Below are positions 43,452-55,493 of a stretch of 64,000 nt of DNA, piece by piece. This DNA is from Vulcanimicrobiota bacterium (GTDB taxonomy: Bacteria; Vulcanimicrobiota; Vulcanimicrobiia; Vulcanimicrobiales; Vulcanimicrobiaceae). The DNA is taken from the NCBI GenBank assembly GCA_963695225.1, contig OY968762.1, forward strand, positions 320,001 to 384,000, read 5' to 3'. A model generated the notes under the pieces. It saw only the letters and a list, made by a program, of their open reading frames with translations. It ran no database searches and had not been told where the DNA came from. Within the stretch, counting starts at the first letter, position 1. Each line of letters starts with the position of its first letter. The translations under genes and the position numbers were made by a program.

Positions 43452-43976
43452 TCACGCCGGGCCCGGCGAAGTGCGAGCTTGCCGATCCTCTTCCCGGGCG
43501 AGGGCGACCATCTCGCGCATGCGGGGATGATCCCCCGGAACCGTTCGCTCCCATTCCTCGAACGGCGGCACCTCTTCGCGGATCAGGAAGAGCAGATAGT
43601 ACGCGCTCACCTCTCCGAGAAACCGGAAGCGCCGTTTCAAATCGGCGCTGCGCTGCGCATACGAAGGAAAAGCGCGCACGTAGGCGGCGAAGCTCCCGTG
43701 TTCGCGTTCGAGCGCGAGCAGCTCGCGCGCGTTTTCAACCGTCGCCGCGATTTTCTTGCGCGTCCGCACGATCGCAGGGTCGGCCGAGATGCGCTCGACG
43801 TCGGCCTCGCCGAACGCGGCGACGCGCGCGGGATCGAAGCCCTCGAAGAGCCGTTCGTACGCGGGCCACTTCGATTCGATCAGCCTCCAACTCACGCCGG
43901 CTTGGAAGATCGCGCGTGACATGATCCGCAAGACGTCCGCAAGCGAGGCCGCCGCGATGCGGCGCGGGATCGCGAT
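43452..43976 (-). CDS. DNA-3-methyladenine glycosylase I family protein; probable ATC start
   Basis: IFQAGVSW..KW..F.GFDP..IVRTRKKIAATVENA; GGAGG 8 nt before ATC. Confidence 0.8.
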   Translation of the reverse strand: MAIPRRIAAASLADVLRIMSRAIFQAGVSWRLIESKWPAYERLFEGFDPARVAAFGEADVERISADPAIVRTRKKIAATVENARELLALEREHGSFAAYVRAFPSYAQRSADLKRRFRFLGEVSAYYLLFLIREEVPPFEEWERTVPGDHPRMREMVALAREEDRQARTSPGPA

Positions 43977-43980
43977 CGGA

Positions 43981-44877
43981 TCAGCCTCCGCCCGAGGGTT
44001 CCGGGCTCGCGTGGCGCGGCGCCGCCGGCAGAGCGGACGCCGCTTCCGGCGCCCGCGGCGGCCGTGCGGGGAAGAACGCGAGCGCCGCGGGGAACAAACT
44101 CAGCCCGATCGCGGCGACCGCCGTCTCCCAGAGGCCGACGGAGACGCTCAGAACCATCGCCCAGATCACGTTCCCCGCGTACACGATGAACGGAAACCAC
44201 GCCGCCGTCGAACGCAGGTCGTAGTCCCGGCGCCACGCGAGCCGGCCGATTCCGATGAACAGCAGCCCCGTGCCGAACCAGCCCACGAAATTGCGCAGCG
44301 GCATGCCGAAATACGCTCCGTGCTCGTGCCAGGTCCAGAAGTGGACCGAGGTCATGCGCGGGCTCGCCATCGCCGGATCGAGGACGAGATCCCACGCCGT
44401 CAGCAGCCACGCGCCGAAGATGATGCCGAGCGCGGTCGCCGCCTTGAGCCCGCGGGCCTGCGCGATCTTGGTGCCGAGCAGAAACGCCGCGAAGCCCATG
44501 TAGAACCACGAAAGCGGGATCGTGTACGGCACGCGCCCGAGCAGCTTGTAGCCCAGGAAATCCGCGTACTCGTAGCCGCCGAACGGCCATCCGGTCTTCG
44601 TCCCCGTCAACTCCGCCGCCGCCGAGATCGTCGTCGCCGCGATGAAGAACAGCAGCGTCGCGCGCGCTCCGATCACGTGCACGCCGAACGCGAGCATCGC
44701 GAGCGTCCCGGTCCAGATGTCGATCGCCCCGATGTTCTGGATCGACCACACGTAGACGGCTGCCGAAGTGGGATCGGCGGCGAACTGCGCGGGGTGCTGC
44801 ATCGCAAATGTGATGCCGAAGATCGCCACGACCTTCACGATGACGTGGAGCGCGAAGAAGAAGACCGCTGCCGTCAT
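43981..44877 (-). CDS. Carotenoid 1,2-hydratase CruF-like membrane protein
   Basis: ELTGTKTGWPFGGYEY..LG..VPYTIPLSWF, AWDLVLDPAM, GMPLRNFVGW. Confidence 0.85.
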   Translation of the reverse strand: MTAAVFFFALHVIVKVVAIFGITFAMQHPAQFAADPTSAAVYVWSIQNIGAIDIWTGTLAMLAFGVHVIGARATLLFFIAATTISAAAELTGTKTGWPFGGYEYADFLGYKLLGRVPYTIPLSWFYMGFAAFLLGTKIAQARGLKAATALGIIFGAWLLTAWDLVLDPAMASPRMTSVHFWTWHEHGAYFGMPLRNFVGWFGTGLLFIGIGRLAWRRDYDLRSTAAWFPFIVYAGNVIWAMVLSVSVGLWETAVAAIGLSLFPAALAFFPARPPRAPEAASALPAAPRHASPEPSGGG

Positions 44878-46040
44878 CCGCTACGGCTCTCGTCGACGAG
44901 CGGCCGGCCGCGCCAGGTTGCCGAAGATTCGAATGCAGCGCTCGAGATCCGCACGAGGGCGGGGAGATCGGCGAGCGGCGAAAGCCAGTAGGTCGCCGGC
45001 GGCGCGAGGTACGCGCGGTGCATGCCGGCCAGTACGGCGAGGCGCAGCAACAGCAGCGCGGCATTCAGTCGGAAGAGCGGGGTCTTGCGGGCCTCGTTCC
45101 CCTCGATGAGGCCCGCCGCGACGATCGTCAGCGGCAGCGCCTGCACGAGAGCGACTTCCGCGAACTGCACGCCCAAGTCGAGCTTCGACGTCGTGTCGTC
45201 GCGCAGCGGAAGGGAACGCGGCCAGTTCTGCCAGGTCTCCTCCGCGCTCGCGTACATCTCGACGAACGCGAGGTCCCCCGCTTCGAAGAAGCCGACCTGA
45301 ACGCCGCTCGCGACGAGGATTCGGGCGATCGTGAGGTCCTCGCAACGCGACGAACGCGCCGCGGCGACCGCTCCGGAACGCACGAGCGTCTCGCGCCGCG
45401 CGACGAAACATTGGCCGTTCGCCTGGACTTCCTCGGGTCGCGTCGCGACGGTTCCGGGGAGGCCCTGGCGATAGACGAGCGTCGCGAGCAGAGCCGGATG
45501 GACGATCGCATCGAGATCGTCGGCGGCGCGCTGCCGCGGGGCCGCGCTGAAGGCATCCATCGATTGGTGCCGCGCCGCGTGCTCGAGCAGCGAGGCGGTG
45601 AAGTCCGGGGCCACGCGCACGTCGGCGTCGATGAAGATCACCCATTCCGAAGCTTGGTCGCTGGCTTGGAGGCCCGCTTGCAGCCCCCAGGCCTTGCCGT
45701 TCCAATCCTCCGGTGCCCGCCCCGCGCGAACGAGGCGCAGGCGCGGGTCGCGCCGGGCGTACCGGGCGACGATATCGGTCGTTCCGTCGGTCGAACCGCC
45801 GTCGACGACGAGGATCTCTCGAACCCAAGGACCCTGTTCGAGAAGGCCTTCGAGGCACGCCGCAAGGCGTAGATGTTCGTTGAGGACCGGGACGACGACG
45901 CTCGCGGTCGCCGGCAGGGCGGGACGGTCGACGGAGACGATTCGATCGCCGGCGCCGGTGCGCAGCATGCGCAGGCCGACGCGGGAGCCAAGCAATGCTT
46001 GTCCGAGGGCGAAAAGGGTGGCCAATGGATTCTGGAACAG
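44874..46040 (-). CDS. GT2 glycosyltransferase, CruG-like (start CTG 46040 or TTG 46025)
   Basis: VVVPVLNE, VVDGGSTDGT, WNGKAWGL, IDADV, QANGQC; ATGA overlap with the cruF-like gene. Confidence 0.85.
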   Translation of the reverse strand: MFQNPLATLFALGQALLGSRVGLRMLRTGAGDRIVSVDRPALPATASVVVPVLNEHLRLAACLEGLLEQGPWVREILVVDGGSTDGTTDIVARYARRDPRLRLVRAGRAPEDWNGKAWGLQAGLQASDQASEWVIFIDADVRVAPDFTASLLEHAARHQSMDAFSAAPRQRAADDLDAIVHPALLATLVYRQGLPGTVATRPEEVQANGQCFVARRETLVRSGAVAAARSSRCEDLTIARILVASGVQVGFFEAGDLAFVEMYASAEETWQNWPRSLPLRDDTTSKLDLGVQFAEVALVQALPLTIVAAGLIEGNEARKTPLFRLNAALLLLRLAVLAGMHRAYLAPPATYWLSPLADLPALVRISSAAFESSATWRGRPLVDESRSG

Positions 46041-46063
46041 GGGACAGCCTCGCAGTCAGAGTC

Positions 46064-46996
46064 GTGAGCGTCCATAACTTTGGACCGGCGCCCTCCACTC
46101 CCTATGACGCCGCAATCGCGCGTTTTGAGCGCATACGGGAGCAAGAAGCGCTCGAGCCCGAGCTGGGTGAACCTTCTCAGCTGCTCGCGCACGAGCGGCC
46201 CACGCCGAAAGCCTTCGTTCTCATCCACGGTTTGACGGCGAGTCCGCCGCAGGTCGCGGCGATCGCGGACCGCCTGTTCGAACGCGGTGCGAACGTTTTC
46301 ATCCCGCGGCTGCCGCGCCACGGCTACGCCGATCGCATGAGCAGGGCGCTCGCGGACCTGGAGGCCGCGGAATTGACGGCGTTCGGAGCAGACGTCGCGT
46401 CGATCGGCGCAGGCCTCGGCGAACGCGTGACGATCGCCGGCTTCTCCGTCGGCGGGCTCATCGCCATGTGGATCGCGCAGCACTATCCCTTCGACCGGGC
46501 CGTGGCGATCGCGCCGTTCTTCGGAACGCGTTGGGTCCCGCACCGCTTGGCGCCGAACGTGATGCGCGCCGTCCTCGCGCTTCCGAACGCGTTCCTGTGG
46601 TGGAACCCGATCCTGCGCGAACGGCACGGTCCGAGCCACGGCTATCCGCGCTTCGCCACGCACGCCGTCGCGCGCGTCTACTCGCTCGTCTTCGAGCTGT
46701 TCGAAGACGCGCGCCGGCAGGCGCCTGCGACGCCCAACATCCTTTTCGTGCTGAACGCGAGCGAGATGACCGTGCACAACCGCAACGTGCGCCGCCTGGC
46801 GCACGCCTGGCGCACGCGCGGCAGCGCGAACGTCGCCGTCCACGTCTTACGCGGCCTGCCGCCCTCCCACGACATCGTCGAACCCCTCGGCAGCCCCCGC
46901 CTAGCCCGCCGCGTCCTCCCAACAATAGTAGCCCTCCTCGATCCCGAACCCACACCCTCATCGCCGCCGGCTACACCTCGCCGTCTTCATTGCTAG
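46064..46996 (+). CDS. Alpha/beta hydrolase (start uncertain)
   Basis: LIHGLT, LPRHG, nucleophile elbow GFSVGG, SHD. Confidence 0.85.
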   Translation: MSVHNFGPAPSTPYDAAIARFERIREQEALEPELGEPSQLLAHERPTPKAFVLIHGLTASPPQVAAIADRLFERGANVFIPRLPRHGYADRMSRALADLEAAELTAFGADVASIGAGLGERVTIAGFSVGGLIAMWIAQHYPFDRAVAIAPFFGTRWVPHRLAPNVMRAVLALPNAFLWWNPILRERHGPSHGYPRFATHAVARVYSLVFELFEDARRQAPATPNILFVLNASEMTVHNRNVRRLAHAWRTRGSANVAVHVLRGLPPSHDIVEPLGSPRLARRVLPTIVALLDPEPTPSSPPATPRRLHC

Positions 46997-47009
46997 GAGC
47001 CATCCCATC

Positions 47010-48710
47010 ATGCGTTCCCGTCGTTCGCGAATCGCGCGCCGCACGATGCGCGCCATGCCGTTCGCCGGAGTCATAGCCGCCGTCGTCTTCGCATGTGCCG
47101 CCGCGAGCCTGCTCGCCGGCTGCACGAAGGTCTCCTCGACGGATACCACTGCGGCGGCGAGCTCGAACCCCTGGACGAAGCACGGAACGCTGCGAATCGC
47201 AGGCCTTTCCGAGCCCGATTCGCTCAACCCGATCGTCGGGAACCAGCAGATCGATACCGACCTCTCGATGTTCTGGGGCGGCTATCTCTTCAACTGGAGC
47301 GACCGCGACGAATTCGTCCCCGAACTCGCGACGGACGTGCCCACGCTCGAAAATGGCGGCATCTCGAAGGACGGCAAGACGATCGTCTACCATCTCCGCC
47401 GTGGCGTGAAATGGCACGACGGCGCGCCCTTCGGCGCCGACGACGTGATCTTCACCTACCACGCGGTGATGAATCCGAAGAACAACATCCCGAGCCGCTC
47501 CGGCTACGACCTGATCGCGTCCATCGAGAAGCGAGACGATGCCACGCTCGCGGTCCACCTCAAGAAGGCCTGGTCGCCGTTCGTCTCCTCGTTCTTCACG
47601 ATGTCCTCGACCTCGTACGCAATCTTGCCGAAACACGTGCTCGAAAAAGAGCCCGACCTCAATCGCGTCGCCTTCAACACGAAGCCGGTCGGCACGGGGC
47701 CCTTCATCGTCGATCGCTGGCAGCGCGGCTCGCACCTCGTTTTCCGGGCGAATCCCAACTATTGGCGCGGCCGCCCGAAGCTCGATCGCATCGAATACGA
47801 AACCGTCCCGGACGAGAACACGATCCTCACGCAGCTTCGCGCGCACGAGACGGATCTGGAGTTCAACGCGCCGACGACGCAGTACCCGAGCCTCACCGGC
47901 ATTCCGGGCGTCAAGGTCACGCTCACGCCGTTCACGTCCTACACGCAGATCGCGTTCAACCTCAAGCGCCCGCTCGTCGCCGACGTCCGCGTGCGCCGCG
48001 CGCTCCGCTACGCGACCGATACGAAGACGCTCATCGAGAAGGTCGCGCACGGCGTCGCCATCCCCGGCGATTCGGACCAGCCGCCGTTCTCCTGGGCGCA
48101 CAACGGCCATCTGCCGCAATTCGCGTTCGATCCGGCGAAGGCGCGCGCGCTGCTCGACGACGCCGGCTGGCGCCTCGGGCCCGACGGCGTCCGGGTCAAG
48201 GACGGGCGGCGGCTCTCATTATTGCTCACGAGCGCCGGCGGCTCGGCGACCGGTAAAGCGACGGCGATCCTCCTGCAGAGCTGGTGGCACGACGTCGGCG
48301 TCGAGACTCAAGTGAAGGATTACCAGACGGCGCTCTATTTCGCGACGTACGGGGAAGGCGGGATCGTGCAGACCGGCAAGTTCGACGTCGCGCTCTACGC
48401 CTGGATCAACGGGGTCGACCCGGATGACTCGACGCAGTTCATGTGCGACCAATTCCCGCCCGCGGGGCAGAACACGAACTGGTGGTGCAACCGCGAGGTC
48501 GACCGCGCCGAAGCGGCCGCGCTTGCCGCAAACGACCGCGCCGTCCGCAAAGCCGCCTACGACCGCATCCAGGAGCTCATGGTCGAAGACGTCCCGTTCA
48601 TCACCCAGTGGTTCTCGCGCCGCGTCGACGCCTTCAACACCGACCTGAAGAGCTATCGCCCCGCCCACGCCGTCACGAACTTCTGGAACTCCTGGGAGTG
48701 GGAGATCTAA
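47010..48710 (+). CDS. Peptide ABC transporter substrate-binding lipoprotein (family 5)
   Basis: Lipobox LAGC; PELA, GVKWHDG, PVGTGPF, VRRAL. Confidence 0.92.
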   Translation: MRSRRSRIARRTMRAMPFAGVIAAVVFACAAASLLAGCTKVSSTDTTAAASSNPWTKHGTLRIAGLSEPDSLNPIVGNQQIDTDLSMFWGGYLFNWSDRDEFVPELATDVPTLENGGISKDGKTIVYHLRRGVKWHDGAPFGADDVIFTYHAVMNPKNNIPSRSGYDLIASIEKRDDATLAVHLKKAWSPFVSSFFTMSSTSYAILPKHVLEKEPDLNRVAFNTKPVGTGPFIVDRWQRGSHLVFRANPNYWRGRPKLDRIEYETVPDENTILTQLRAHETDLEFNAPTTQYPSLTGIPGVKVTLTPFTSYTQIAFNLKRPLVADVRVRRALRYATDTKTLIEKVAHGVAIPGDSDQPPFSWAHNGHLPQFAFDPAKARALLDDAGWRLGPDGVRVKDGRRLSLLLTSAGGSATGKATAILLQSWWHDVGVETQVKDYQTALYFATYGEGGIVQTGKFDVALYAWINGVDPDDSTQFMCDQFPPAGQNTNWWCNREVDRAEAAALAANDRAVRKAAYDRIQELMVEDVPFITQWFSRRVDAFNTDLKSYRPAHAVTNFWNSWEWEI

Positions 48711-48840
48711 CCTCGACTCAAGCGCGGAGCCGGTCGCAGCAGTGTGATGCGGCGTACAGCATCCCGGGAACGCCTGCCGAGACGCTTGCGTTGCCGATAC
48801 CTGGGATATTATGGCGGATTGTGTGCCCGGGAGGTTTTCC

Positions 48841-50480
48841 TTGACAGCCCTCGACGCCGTGCTCGATGCCCTGCTCGAGGACGATCCGCCGCCGCATGTC
48901 GTCGCGATAGACGAGAAGGGCTTTCTCGTCCCCCTGCCGCCGTCCGTGCCGGTCCAGGAAGGCCGCCTGATCGAGGGACGAACGTCGGCTCTCGATCTCT
49001 TCATCGCAGCGGACGCTCAGGCGGTCATCGAGTGCTGGGAGTGCGCGCTCCGGGTCGGCCTATCGAACGAGAGGGTCCATCTCCTCGGTAACCCGAGCGA
49101 TCCCGTCACGCTGCATTTCGTCGATGCGCGACACCGCTACGGCGTTCTTCTTGCTCTCCTCGTGGGCGTCAGGGCGACGGGCGCCCTCAGGGCGGGGGAC
49201 GCGGGCGGGCTTCGGCCGCGCGTCTGGACGGCGAAGAAGAACAAACTCGCCGTCATCACCGAGGTGGATCCGGCGGTCCGCGAGATCCTCGGCTGGGATC
49301 CCGCGGAGATGATCGGCCGCCGGTCGCTCGAGTTCATCCACCCCGACGATCAGCCGCGCGCGATCTCGAATTTCCTCGCCATGCTGTCCTCGCGGAGCGG
49401 CGCGCATCGCGTTCGTTTGAGGCATAGGCACCGCAACGGCTCCTGGGTCTGGTTCGAATTCAGCAACGAAAACCTCTTGGACGATCCCGCGCAGCGTTGC
49501 GTTCGCTCCGAGATGGTGAACGTCTCGGATGAGATGGCGGCGCTCGAAGCGTTGCGTTCGAGCGAGCAACTCCTGCGCCGGCTCGCGGAAGCGCTGCCGC
49601 TCGGCGTCGTGCAGATCGACGGCGCCGGACGCGTGATCTATCGCAATCGGCGCCTCGGGACGATCGTCGGTAATGAATTCGCGACGACGATCGAGGAGCA
49701 ACTCGCCGGCGTGATCCCGGCCGATGGCGAGACCTTGACGAAAGCGCTGCGTGCCGTCAGCGACGAGGGTCAGGACGGCGACATCGAGGTCACGCTGAGC
49801 CGGGACGGCGACGTTCGCTGTTGCAGCGTGAGTTTGCGGGCGCTCAAGAGCGAGAGGGGCGAGCCCAGCGGCGCCATCATCTGCATCGCCGACATCACGG
49901 AACGGACGCGGATGCGCGAGGAACTCGAAGTCCGCGCTACCTACGACGCGCTCACCGGGTGCCACAACCGGGCATCGATCCTCGCCGTCCTCGAGCGAAC
50001 GATTCTGGAGGCGCGGTCCGCCGGCGGTTGTGGTCCGGCAGTTCTGTTCCGGCAGTTCTGTTCGTCGACTTGGATCAGTTCAAAGACGTCAACGACCGCT
50101 GGGGCCACGTCGCCGGCGACGAACTCCTGCGCCGGGTGAGCGAGCGTCTGATGGCCAGCGCGCGGAGCACCGACGTCGTGGGCAGATTCGGGGGCGACGA
50201 GTTCCTGATCGTGTGTCCGCGCGTCGCCGGCGTGGCGCAGGCGCTCGCGATCGGCGAACGCGTCGCCGCCGCACTCAGCGCGTCTATCGAACTCGGCGCG
50301 GCACAAATAGCGCAGAAGGCGAGCATCGGCGTCGCCTGGGTCAAAATTCCGGCGGATGCGGAGGCGCTGGTCGCGGCTGCGGACGCGGCGATGTACGATT
50401 CGAAGCGGGAAGCGCGAGGGCGCCCCGTCGTCGTCCACGCGGTGCCGCGCCCTTCTCCCCGGCTCCCGCAACCGGCCTGA
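48841..50480 (+). pseudogene. PAS-PAS-GGDEF diguanylate cyclase frameshifted by a 14-bp tandem duplication
   Basis: FIHPDD PAS, YDALTG, then VDLDQFKDVND..GHVAGD..RFGGDEF in another frame; GGAGG before TTG 48841. Confidence 0.88.
50034..50063 (+). repeat. 14-bp tandem duplication (tccggcagttctgt x2)
   Basis: Read directly at the frameshift. Confidence 0.95.
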
Positions 50481-50565
50481 CCGCAAGCCCTGCGGCCGCG
50501 GCCGATCGTCCGGGCCGCGATCGCGCCGTGCATCGGCATGCTGCCTGACCCGCCCGCGCCCTGCG

Positions 50566-50595
50566 GCGGCTATGCCACGCTGTTGGCATAGCCGC
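50566..50595. promoter_or_regulatory. Perfect 12-bp inverted repeat (operator or terminator)
   Basis: gcggctatgcca-cgctgt-tggcatagccgc. Confidence 0.5.
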
Positions 50596-50646
50596 GTCGT
50601 AGCCTAGTCTCGAGGGCCGGGAACCGGTCCGAAACGAGGACGGCCG

Positions 50647-50802
50647 ATGTACGAGATTGCGAATGTGGAACCGGTCCTGCGCCCGGTGGCGCCGGACGGC
50701 ACGATCGAACCGGGGGACGCGGTTTCCGAGGAGACGCGCTTCGGCCTCACCCCGCTCGGAGAGGCGTTCGTGGCGGGCTACCTAGCTCGCCGGTCACCCT
50801 GA
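50647..50802 (+). CDS. 51-aa hypothetical small protein
   Basis: GAGGA-6 nt-ATG; MYEIANVEPVLRPVAPDGTIEPGDAVSEETRFGLTPLGEAFVAGYLARRSP. Confidence 0.55.
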   Translation: MYEIANVEPVLRPVAPDGTIEPGDAVSEETRFGLTPLGEAFVAGYLARRSP

Positions 50803-50816
50803 ACTCGTCGAAGGGC
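50793..50816 (+). repeat. REP-like unit
   Basis: gtcaccctgaactcgtcgaagggc, similar to 55311-55334, 55350-55373 and 31934-31945. Confidence 0.65.
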
Positions 50817-50828
50817 GGCGAGTTCGCA

Positions 50829-50858
50829 TTGACGGTCGCCGTTCGTCCTTGCTATACT
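50829..50858 (+). promoter_or_regulatory. sigma70 promoter of the str operon
   Basis: TTGACG, 18 nt, TATACT with TG extension. Confidence 0.8.
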
Positions 50859-50941
50859 CCTGAGGTTCCGGCCCACCGGCGTGGTGGGGCCGGTTTTGTG
50901 TGCGCGTCCCATTTGGGGCCGCCGGTGAACCGGGAGACTGC

Positions 50942-51379
50942 GTGCCGACCATTAGCCAACTCGTCCGTAAAGGGCGCCAGAAGATCGAGAAAAAGGTGAA
51001 AGCACCTGCCCTGCGCGTCGCGCAGACGGGGCCGAAGCCGGGTCATCCCGACCTGCCCTTGCGCACGTTCGAGGTGACGGGGAATCCGTTCCGGCGCGGC
51101 GTGTGCACGCAAGTCAAGACGGTCACCCCCAAGAAGCCGAACTCGGCGCTCCGTAAGGTCGCGCGCGTGCGCTTGACCAACGGCGAAGAGGTCACGGCCT
51201 ACATCCCCGGCGTCGGCCACAACCTGCAGGAGCACAGCGTCGTGCTGATCCGCGGCGGCCGCGTCAAGGATCTCCCCGGTATTCGTTATCACATCGTCCG
51301 CGGTACGCTCGATACCTCGGGCGTCGCCAATCGCAAGCAAGGCCGCTCGAAATACGGCGCCAAGCGCGGTAAGAAGTAG
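50942..51379 (+). CDS. rpsL: 30S ribosomal protein S12 (GTG start)
   Basis: [29 protein letters not shown]. Confidence 0.99.
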   Translation: MPTISQLVRKGRQKIEKKVKAPALRVAQTGPKPGHPDLPLRTFEVTGNPFRRGVCTQVKTVTPKKPNSALRKVARVRLTNGEEVTAYIPGVGHNLQEHSVVLIRGGRVKDLPGIRYHIVRGTLDTSGVANRKQGRSKYGAKRGKK

Positions 51380-51394
51380 AGCGGAGGATCATCG

Positions 51395-51865
51395 ATGCCA
51401 CGTAAAGGTGCAGTTCCCAAGCGGCAGATTCTGCCGGACCCGCGTTTCAACTCGAAAGTTCTGGCTCGCTTCATCAATAAGGTGATGCTGGCGGGCAAGA
51501 AGTCGGTCGCCGAGCGGATCACGTACGATGCGCTCGCGATCGTGCAAGAGAAGCTGGGGCGCGATCCGATGGACATCTTCACGCAGGCGCTCGGCAACGC
51601 GATGCCGCTCGTCGAAGTGCGCCCCCGCCGCGTCGGCGGTGCGACCTATCAGGTCCCGATGGAAGTTCGGCCGGACCGTCGCCAGGCGATGGCGATGCGC
51701 TGGCTGATCAACTTCGCGCGCAAGCGTCCCGGCCGCTCGATGGAAGAGAAGCTTGCGAACGAGTTGATGGACGCGGCGAACAACGTCGGCGCGACGATCA
51801 AGAAGCGCGAAGACACGCACAAGATGGCCGACGCCAACAAAGCCTTCGCCCATTACCGTTGGTGA
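51395..51865 (+). CDS. rpsG: 30S ribosomal protein S7
   Basis: [24 protein letters not shown]. Confidence 0.99.
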   Translation: MPRKGAVPKRQILPDPRFNSKVLARFINKVMLAGKKSVAERITYDALAIVQEKLGRDPMDIFTQALGNAMPLVEVRPRRVGGATYQVPMEVRPDRRQAMAMRWLINFARKRPGRSMEEKLANELMDAANNVGATIKKREDTHKMADANKAFAHYRW

Positions 51866-51871
51866 CCTGAG

Positions 51872-53968
51872 ATGGCTTTGAGAGAGTATCCGCTCGCTCG
51901 GACTCGCAACATCGGCATCGCCGCGCACATCGACGCGGGGAAGACGACGGCGACCGAGCGCATCCTGTTCTACACTGGCCGGACCCATAAGATCGGCGAA
52001 GTCCACGACGGCGCCGCGACGATGGACTGGATGGTGCAGGAGCAGGAACGCGGCATCACGATCACGTCGGCCGCCACGGCGTGCACCTGGCGCGACACGC
52101 GGATCAACATCATTGATACGCCAGGCCACGTGGACTTCACCGTCGAGGTCGAACGCTCGCTGCGCGTCCTCGACGGCCTCGTCGCGCTCTTCGACTCGGT
52201 CGCCGCCGTGCAGCCCCAATCGGAAACCGTCTGGCGCCAGGCGAACAAGTACAAAGTCCCTCGGATCATCTTCGTCAACAAGATGGACCGCATGGGGGCC
52301 GACTTCTTCAATTGCGTCGCGAAGATCCGCGAACGCCTCGGCGCGCGCGCCGTTCCGATCCAGGTGCCGATCGGCGCCGAGGATCAGTTCCAGGGCGTCG
52401 TCGACCTGTTCACGATGACCCGCGTCGTCTACACGGACGATCTGGGCTCCACGATGGCGAAGCCCGAACCCGTCGAGGGCGATCTGAAGGAAGTCGCCGA
52501 GAAGTGGCGCTTGGAGCTGATCGAGGCGATCGCCGAGCAAGACGATGCGCTCCTCGAGATGTACTTTGCGGGCGAAGAGATCCCGATCGACCGGCTCAAG
52601 ACGGCGCTGCGCAAGGCGACGATCGCGGGCGACGTCCTCCCGATGCTCTGCGGTTCGGCCTTCAAGAACAAGGGCGTCCAGCCGTTGCTCGACGCGGTCG
52701 TCGATTTCTTGCCCTCGCCGCTCGAAGCGAAGCCGATCACCGGCATCGATCCGAAAACGGAACTCCAGATCGAGCGCAAGCCCGAGGACAACGAGCCGTT
52801 CGCGGCGCTCGCGTTCAAGATCGCGACCGATCCGTACGGCAACCTGACGTATTTCCGCGTGTACTCGGGGACGCTCGAGAAGGGCTCGTACGTCTATAAC
52901 GCGCGCTCGGGGCGCAAGGAGCGCATCGGGCGCATCCTGCGCATGCACGCGAACCATCGCGAAGATATCGATGCGATCGGCGCCGGCGACATCGCCGCGG
53001 CCGTCGGCCTGAGCGATACCCGCACGGGCGACACGCTGTGCGACGAAAAGCAGCCGATCATCCTCGAGAACATCGTCTTCCCTGAACCGGTCATCTTCCA
53101 GGCGATCGAGCCGAAGACGAAGGCCGACCAGGATAAGCTCGGGACGGCCCTCTCGCGCCTCGCGCAAGAAGACCCGACGTTCCGCATGCGGACCGACGAA
53201 GAGACCCAGCAGACGATCATCGGCGGCATGGGCGAACTGCACTTGGAGATCATCATCGATCGCCTCAAGCGCGAGTTCAAGGTCGAAGCGAACGTCGGCA
53301 AGCCGCAGGTCGCCTACAAGGAAGCGATCACCAAGCAAGTCGAGAAGCAGGGCAAGTTCGTCCGGCAGACCGGCGGCAAAGGCCAGTACGGCGACGTGTG
53401 GCTGCGCTTGGAACCGGCCGACACGAACGCCGGCTACATCTTCGAATGGAAAGTCGTCGGCGGAACGATCCCCAAAGAGTTTCAGAAGCCGATCCAGGAA
53501 GGGATCCGCGAGGCCGCGCTCAGCGGAACCCTCGCGGGATACCCGGTCCTCGACTTCAAGGCGACCGTCTTCGACGGCAGCTTCCACGACGTCGACTCGT
53601 CGGAGATGGCGTTCAAGATCGCGGGCTCGATGGCGTTCAAGGAAGCGAACCGCGCCGCCGGTCCGATCTTGCTCGAACCGATCATGAAGGTCGAAGTGAC
53701 GACGCCCCGGGATTACCTCGGCGCGATCAACGGAGATCTCAACCGGCGGCGCGGGATGATCCACGCCACCGAGGATGCTCCGGGCGGCGCGCAGGTGATC
53801 ACCGCGAACGTCCCGCTTTCCGAGATGTTCGGGTATGCGACGGACATGCGTTCGGCGACGCAAGGCCGGGCGACGTACACGATGGAGTTCAGCCACTACG
53901 AGAAAGCGCCGAAGAACGTGACCGACGAGATCATCGCCAAGGCGCAAGGCAAGAAACCCGCGGCGTAA
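51872..53968 (+). CDS. fusA: Elongation factor G
   Basis: [30 protein letters not shown]. Confidence 0.99.
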   Translation: MALREYPLARTRNIGIAAHIDAGKTTATERILFYTGRTHKIGEVHDGAATMDWMVQEQERGITITSAATACTWRDTRINIIDTPGHVDFTVEVERSLRVLDGLVALFDSVAAVQPQSETVWRQANKYKVPRIIFVNKMDRMGADFFNCVAKIRERLGARAVPIQVPIGAEDQFQGVVDLFTMTRVVYTDDLGSTMAKPEPVEGDLKEVAEKWRLELIEAIAEQDDALLEMYFAGEEIPIDRLKTALRKATIAGDVLPMLCGSAFKNKGVQPLLDAVVDFLPSPLEAKPITGIDPKTELQIERKPEDNEPFAALAFKIATDPYGNLTYFRVYSGTLEKGSYVYNARSGRKERIGRILRMHANHREDIDAIGAGDIAAAVGLSDTRTGDTLCDEKQPIILENIVFPEPVIFQAIEPKTKADQDKLGTALSRLAQEDPTFRMRTDEETQQTIIGGMGELHLEIIIDRLKREFKVEANVGKPQVAYKEAITKQVEKQGKFVRQTGGKGQYGDVWLRLEPADTNAGYIFEWKVVGGTIPKEFQKPIQEGIREAALSGTLAGYPVLDFKATVFDGSFHDVDSSEMAFKIAGSMAFKEANRAAGPILLEPIMKVEVTTPRDYLGAINGDLNRRRGMIHATEDAPGGAQVITANVPLSEMFGYATDMRSATQGRATYTMEFSHYEKAPKNVTDEIIAKAQGKKPAA

Positions 53969-54086
53969 CTGCAACCGCCGCCCCACACGAAGAAGCGCTG
54001 ACGACGATTATAGCGCGGGGGTTCGTCAGCATAACAACTCGCGCAGTGATCCCAACCGGGTGAGAGTAAGGAAGTAACGCAAGAAG

Positions 54087-55292
<1,206 letters not shown>

Positions 55293-55310
55293 TCACCTCA
55301 CCCCCAAATC

Positions 55311-55395
55311 CTCACCCGGAGCCCGTCGAAGGGCGAGCCCGCCGCCAACGTCACCCTGAGCCTCTCGATGGGCAAGCCTTCAGCTCAGGATGACG
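55311..55395. repeat. Cluster of REP-like units (two direct, one partial inverted)
   Basis: ctcacccggagcccgtcgaagggc; gtcaccctgagcctctcgatgggc; gctcaggatgacg pairs with cgtcaccctgagc. Confidence 0.7.
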
Positions 55396-55443
55396 CGGCG
55401 GCCGGATCGGGATGACGGGGCGCAACCCATCGGGTAGCGAGGT

Positions 55444-55472
55444 TAGACAGAATCCTCGGCGCGCAGTATACT
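55444..55472 (+). promoter_or_regulatory. sigma70 promoter of rpsJ
   Basis: TAGACA, 17 nt, TATACT. Confidence 0.7.
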
Positions 55473-55479
55473 GACCTTT

Positions 55480-55493
55480 AGTTCTTTGACAAT
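55480..55493 (+). promoter_or_regulatory. boxA-like element in the rpsJ leader
   Basis: AGTTCTTTGACAAT resembles rrn boxA (TGCTCTTTAACA / AGTTCTTTGAAAA types). Confidence 0.55.

Noticed and set aside
51389..53986. Long antisense or alternate-frame ORFs (also 37474-39111, 61082-63298, 41417-42709 and many more)
   Set aside because: Shadows of real high-GC genes; Arg/Ala-rich with no motifs
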